A DNA stretch of 64,000 nt from contig JABDLC010000102.1 in assembly GCA_013001905.1 (NCBI GenBank), forward strand, positions 279 through 64,278, read 5' to 3'. The DNA comes from Gammaproteobacteria bacterium. GTDB lineage: Bacteria > Pseudomonadota > Gammaproteobacteria > Steroidobacterales > GCA-2729495. Positions 61,901-64,000 of the stretch are shown piece after piece. The translations under genes were made by a program, and so were the position numbers. The first letter of the stretch is position 1; the number at the start of each line of letters is the position of its first letter. The notes beneath the pieces were generated by a model. That model was given only the letters and a program-made list of their open reading frames with translations. It did not search any database and was not told the DNA's origin.

Positions 61901-63800
61901 GCGGTACATACGCGGCGCCGCTTTTCAGTATGCCGAGCAGCGCAACGAGCATGTCGGTCGAACGCTCCAGGTAGATACCGACGAGCTGGCCCGGTTTGAT
62001 TCCCTGCGCACGCAAATACGCGCCGAGCTGATTCGCCCGCCGGTTAAGCTCGGCGTAGGTGAGCTGCTCATGCCCCTGCACAACCGCGATACGTTCGGGG
62101 GTGGCTGCAGCCTGCTGCGCGAACACCTGTTCAATGCGCGTATCCGACGGGTAGGGCGCCGCGGTCGCATTCCAGTCCACACAGACACGCTGTTCTTCGG
62201 CGCCGTCCATGAGCGGCAGATCGAGAATTCGAGTCTGCGGATTCGCTGCGATACTTTCGAGCAGCGTCTGCAGATGGGTGACCATGCGCTCGATGGTGCT
62301 GCGGGCAAACAGGTCAGTGCTGTATTCAATCGAGCCGCTGAAGCGGCCGTCAAGTTCGATCAACTGCAGAAACAGGTCGTACATCGTGGTGCCCGGCGCG
62401 ACCGGAAAGTCACTGACTTCGGTGCCGGTTAGCGCCAGTTCTTCGTTGCCGCTGTATTGATGAACGACGAATAACACCTGAAACAACGGGCTGCGACTAC
62501 GATCACGTTCCGGGCTGAGTTCTTCAACCAGATTTTCGAACGGCAGATCCTGATTGGCGAATGCGCCTGCCGCTATGTCACGCGCCTTGGTGACGAGTTC
62601 GAGAAAGGTCGGGTTGCCGCTCAGGTCGCCGCGCAGCACCAGCGTATTGACGAAGGGGCCCAGCAAATTCTCAAGCGCCGCTTCATGCCGGTTTGACACG
62701 GCAGTGCCCAGCACCACGTCATCCTGATTGCTGTACCGGTGCAGCAGAATCTGGAACGCGGCGAGCAGGGTCATGTAGAGCGTGAAGCCGTTGCTGCGGC
62801 TCAGTTCCTGCAGACGTCTGCCGAGTTCAGCCGGCAAATTAAAATGATGAATATCGCCACGGTAGGTTTGGACGGGCGGTCGCGGTTTATCGGTGGGCAG
62901 CTCCAGCGTGCTGAGCCCGTCGAGCGCCTTCTTCCAGTAGTCGATTTGCCGGGCAGGTTCGGGACCTTGGAGCCAACGGTTCTGCCACGCTGCGAAATCT
63001 GCATAGTGAACCGTCAGGTCAGGTAGGTCCGGCTGGCTGCCGTTGGCAAGCGCCGCGTAGATCACCGACAGCTCGCGCATCAGAACGCCGCACGACCAGC
63101 CGTCGACGACAAAGTGATGCGTTGTAAAAGTCAGTACCGCGTGGTCGGCGCCGATACGGAGCAGTTTCGTGCGTATCAGCGGTGCCTGACGCAGTGATAC
63201 CGGCGGCCGCGCCTCATTGTCGACCGCTGTTTGCAGTGCTGATTCGCTGGTGCCCGCCGGCAGCTCTTCTATCACAAACCAGTCACCCTGCGGATCGATA
63301 TCCGCGGCGTCCAGAATTTGCAGACGCGGGCCGTCATCCGTGCTCAGGCACCGCGACCGCAGAACTTCATGGCGTGCGATCAGCTGACGCAGTGCTGCGC
63401 GTAACCGGTCGGTGTCGACCGGGCCGCTGATGCGTTTGGCGAGCGAGACGTTGTAGAAGGGATTGTCAGGTTCAAGTTCGTCAAGAAACCAGATGCGCTG
63501 CTGCGCAAACGACAACGGCATCAGCGCTTCTCTGGGGACAGCAGTGATTCCGTCGCTGCCACTGTTCTGCTCTGCAAGCAGAGCGCTGATGATTTCGGCC
63601 TTGCGCTGCTTCAGTTCCTCAACCACGTCGGCGTTAACGATGCCTTTCGGTGCGCTGTATCGCAGCCGGTCACCGTCGACCCAAAGTTCTACGCCACGAA
63701 AGCGCAACTGATCGATAAACTGCAGGGAAGCTTGGCTGGCCTTCATGGAAAACAGGCGTTCAGATTTCGCCTTCGTCGCGCTCGTCGGCGCCTGGCGCAA
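55980..63800 (-). CDS. NRPS A, 2 modules: dd-C-A(NMT)-T-C-A-T-acidic docking tail
   Basis: 2606-aa ORF from TTG 63800. An in-frame ATG at 63746 (MKASQASLQFIDQL...) is the more likely start. Carrier Ser codons at 59319-21 and 56160-62. Confidence 0.97.
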   Translation of the reverse strand: MRQAPTSATKAKSERLFSMKASQASLQFIDQLRFRGVELWVDGDRLRYSAPKGIVNADVVEELKQRKAEIISALLAEQNSGSDGITAVPREALMPLSFAQQRIWFLDELEPDNPFYNVSLAKRISGPVDTDRLRAALRQLIARHEVLRSRCLSTDDGPRLQILDAADIDPQGDWFVIEELPAGTSESALQTAVDNEARPPVSLRQAPLIRTKLLRIGADHAVLTFTTHHFVVDGWSCGVLMRELSVIYAALANGSQPDLPDLTVHYADFAAWQNRWLQGPEPARQIDYWKKALDGLSTLELPTDKPRPPVQTYRGDIHHFNLPAELGRRLQELSRSNGFTLYMTLLAAFQILLHRYSNQDDVVLGTAVSNRHEAALENLLGPFVNTLVLRGDLSGNPTFLELVTKARDIAAGAFANQDLPFENLVEELSPERDRSRSPLFQVLFVVHQYSGNEELALTGTEVSDFPVAPGTTMYDLFLQLIELDGRFSGSIEYSTDLFARSTIERMVTHLQTLLESIAANPQTRILDLPLMDGAEEQRVCVDWNATAAPYPSDTRIEQVFAQQAAATPERIAVVQGHEQLTYAELNRRANQLGAYLRAQGIKPGQLVGIYLERSTDMLVALLGILKSGAAYVPLDPLFPADRISYMIDDANLAGLLTQSTRVGDLERTPPLTLCLDERRDELARQPDSDPETPGTTRDLAYVIYTSGSTGLPKGVQLEHRGVVNFLTSMAEQPGISADDTLVAVTTLSFDIAVMELLLPLFNGARLIIADKETAADGARLAQLISDSNATVMQATPATWQLLLNAEWPGKADLKILCGGEALPRELADRLLPLCSQLWNMYGPTETTIWSTVSKVGTDGPIIVGRPIANTQVYIVDEQLRSVPPGVPGELCIAGDGVARGYLNRPELTAERFIDNPFDPDGSLLYRTGDLARYLDNGEIQCLGRNDNQVKVRGYRIELGEIETALAEYPLVSQAVVSAREDREGEKRLVGYLITEADGASEAELEQLRNEQLDQWRDLWQNAYVEGQPIDPRFNISGWSSSYTGEQIPAPQMREWIDATAARINTLQPERVLEVGCGTGLVVARVAPETARYLALDFSPASIAAIHHLRDSFEDLGHVEARQLGADQLEQVRGEKFDVIIINSVAQYFPEQRYLLNVIRNAAELLSPGGSLFLGDLRALPLLESYHASVQLWQAEDNLDLLALGERIRQRVDGEEELLIDPALFVAIAQKLPRLRRIELQLKRGTNRNEMSCFRYDAVLTMDEPAAASEPRRLDWQSANDADWLDTILRERGSDDLLLTGIADARLQPEVITLTSVNSQDAATTTVGELRERISSATPHGLHAEDIYALANKHGVHAQLIGTSPGRFNALLTSDPTVDARLLLPARDITLEQCCNNPMQGRIQRSLVPALKEHLRRTLPEYMVPAAYMVLDALPLTPNGKIDRNALPAPEHVSTEIYTPPRNTTEEQLAAIWEDLLGVDQVGVLDDFFGLGGHSLLATQLVSRIRDAFGVAVPLNSLFDHPTVAGLAAALGAAPDAGDIDAGPELAIADRTQPLPLSFAQQRLWFLDELEPGTAVYNMPFALRTRGHIDRAALQNALDDLIARHESLRTQFVRIDDNPVQQVVDQLPVTIAWEDVADTTAQQTRASELARIGFSLETGPLLRLHVISATDDTHLLVLVIHHIVSDLWSMDVFFRELGELYGVHSGNGTAPAALPVQYGDYAVWQRKLLAGGAAETHLEFWREQLRDAPPVLELPLDFPRPPEPGFAGHWTARRLPASLVEPLETLAGESGATLFMLGFATFAMLLSRYANETDVVIGTPISGRQRTEFENLIGFFLNTLALRVDTDGSQSFSDFLQQVRKTALDAYDHQDLPFEKLVEELQPDRDMSHTPVFQHMFIWQDSRGSALQLPGLETEPATLVSHDTAKFDLTLAVTRDDEGIEIGAEYSTELFSAATVERLLDRYVALLQQVTSSPRQPLREFTLLAADERKRVVTEFNDTAISFGADLCVHELVEAQVARTPDTTAVCFGRAQLSYRELNARANALAAELRKRGAQPGINIAISCSRSPELAIAALAVLKSGACYVAVDPNFPAERISAMLADSGALLLLSRGDVAIASDSVPVMLLDQLELTPQTDNLPSLATPDDPLYCIYTSGSTGKPKGVQLTHRGLANLLQWQLQHERLRAPARTLQFASFSFDVSFQELFSTWSNGGTLVMIDEELRQDLTALAGFIAADRIERLYLPYAAFQPIAETLVSTGADCALQDIVVAGEQLQVSPEVRALFATLPAAALHNQYGPSETHVVTALTLSGDAAMWPALPSIGFPVANTRCYVLDERGEPLPVGIPGELYLAGAQVAIGYLGRPELNREKFTTDPFGADERMYRTGDRARWLADGQLEFLGRADDQIKWRGFRVEPGEIEAALTEIDSVQHAVVMLREDSPGMKRLVAYLTPAEGAAPDVPALKSSLQARLPDYMVPGVFVVLDAMPLTPSGKIARRRLPAPAAADLENRDYVAPRNDIETQICEIWTRVLDAGQVGVEDDFFALGGHSLLATKVIARVRDAYGANLPLKYLFRYPTPARLAAAIATLQKVRTEAPEVDDSDREEFRI
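55983..56030 (-). other. Acidic C-terminal docking tail of NRPS A (TEAPEVDDSDREEFRI)
   Basis: Extension after the last carrier domain. The preceding carrier end LPLKYLFRYPTPARLAAAIATLQ parallels NRPS C (LPLKYVFRNPTPELLAAAIQALQ). Confidence 0.65.
56031..59150 (-). other. NRPS module A2: C(LCL)-A-T, code DVQYVAQVVK (Pro-like variant)
   Basis: LPLSFAQQRLWFLDE, HHIVSDLWS, FDVSFQE, LYLPYAAF, IVVAGEQ, HNQYGPSETHVVTA, GGHSLL (Ser 56160-62). Confidence 0.78.
59185..63525 (-). other. NRPS module A1: C(LCL)-A[NMT]-T, code DIMQLGMIWK (Gly-like, so sarcosine)
   Basis: MPLSFAQQRIWFLDE, HHFVVDGWS, FDIAVME, MQATPATW, LCGGEA, NMYGPTETTIWST, GGHSLL (Ser 59319-21). Confidence 0.78.
59560..60800 (-). other. 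N-methyltransferase domain inserted between A8 and A9/A10 of the module A1 A domain
   Basis: SAM motif VLEVGCGTGLVVA (about 60560-60595), NSVAQYFP, NEMSCFRYDAVL. Flanked by KVRGYRIELGEIE (about 60915-60960) and LPEYMVPAAY...PNGKIDR (about 59472-59549). Confidence 0.85.
63567..63746 (-). other. TubC-type N-terminal docking domain of NRPS A
   Basis: SLQFIDQLRFRGVELWVDGDRLRYSAPKGIVNADVVEELKQRKAEIISALLAE. Confidence 0.7.
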
Positions 63801-64000
63801 CCGATTTTGCCCCGTCTGCGGGCGTCCCGCCAGCCCCTGACAGCGATTCAGGCAGGCCGCCGCCGAGCAGTCCGTGCAGCACCAGATGGTGTTCGCCGAG
63901 ATTCAGCAGCGGTTCCATGACCGCGGCTTCGAGGCCGCCTGTCTGGCACAGGCCGATGCCGTTCCCGGGCGCGCGCATTTCCAGCATCTGAGTCATGTGT
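63760..64000 (-). CDS. 3' end of an upstream ORF of unknown function ending in an acidic tail (...GADERDEGEI); 5' end outside window
   Basis: Frame is open to the right edge. GC3-rich codon usage matches the neighbouring genes (CTG, GGC, GCG). TGA at 63760-62. Confidence 0.6.
   Translation of the reverse strand, partial: HMTQMLEMRAPGNGIGLCQTGGLEAAVMEPLLNLGEHHLVLHGLLGGGLPESLSGAGGTPADGAKSVAPGADERDEGEI

Noticed and set aside
59150-63525. Possible lipo-initiation (starter C domain) at the first C domain of NRPS A, which would make this a lipopeptide start.
   Set aside because: The N-terminus of this C domain (MPLSFAQQRIWFLDELEP) and its HHFVVDGWS box match the LCL-type domains elsewhere in the line. 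It is also preceded by a docking domain, which implies a peptidyl or aminoacyl donor from an upstream protein.
63850-63900. The LNLGEHHLVLHG segment in the upstream partial ORF resembles the carrier-domain core FxLGGHSLL.
   Set aside because: There is no Ser at the phosphopantetheine position. Only about 45 residues follow, whereas about 65 follow in the terminal carriers of A and C, and the downstream LPL...F..PT helix pattern is absent. This is probably a chance resemblance.

Overview
GC-rich, proteobacterial-looking window. About 57.7 of 64 kb, all on the minus strand, is one collinear non-ribosomal peptide synthetase (NRPS) assembly line. It consists of four giant ORFs, named here A (55980-63800), B (33909-55724), C (27435-33905) and D (6064-27438). 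Together they encode 16 complete C-A-T modules, two epimerisation (E) domains each followed by a DCL-type C domain, and two N-methyltransferase domains inserted inside A domains. They also carry three TubC-type N-terminal docking domains, conserved acidic C-terminal docking tails, and a terminal thioesterase whose nucleophile elbow reads GYCLGG (Cys, not Ser). Specificity codes were extracted by eye against GrsA-PheA numbering. They predict a Gly/Pro/Ser-rich product: ...-Sar-Pro-Ser-Gly-NMeAla-Pro-D-X-Ser-Pro-Pro-D-Ser-X-Gly-Gly-Gly-Val. The line is incomplete at its 5' end. ORF A opens with a docking domain plus an LCL-type C domain, and a further ORF with an acidic docking-like tail runs off the right edge. 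A YafV-like C-N hydrolase and an MFS transporter sit 5 nt and 3 nt behind the NRPS and are probably co-transcribed. The left flank (1-4011) holds ordinary genes: an ALDH fragment, an MFS transporter, a secreted alpha/beta hydrolase, a class I glutamine amidotransferase and a DUF1761 membrane protein. I recognised no rRNA, tRNA, CRISPR array, transposase or phage gene. Domain borders are approximate (tens of nt). Substrate calls rest on manual alignment and recalled signature codes and need software confirmation.
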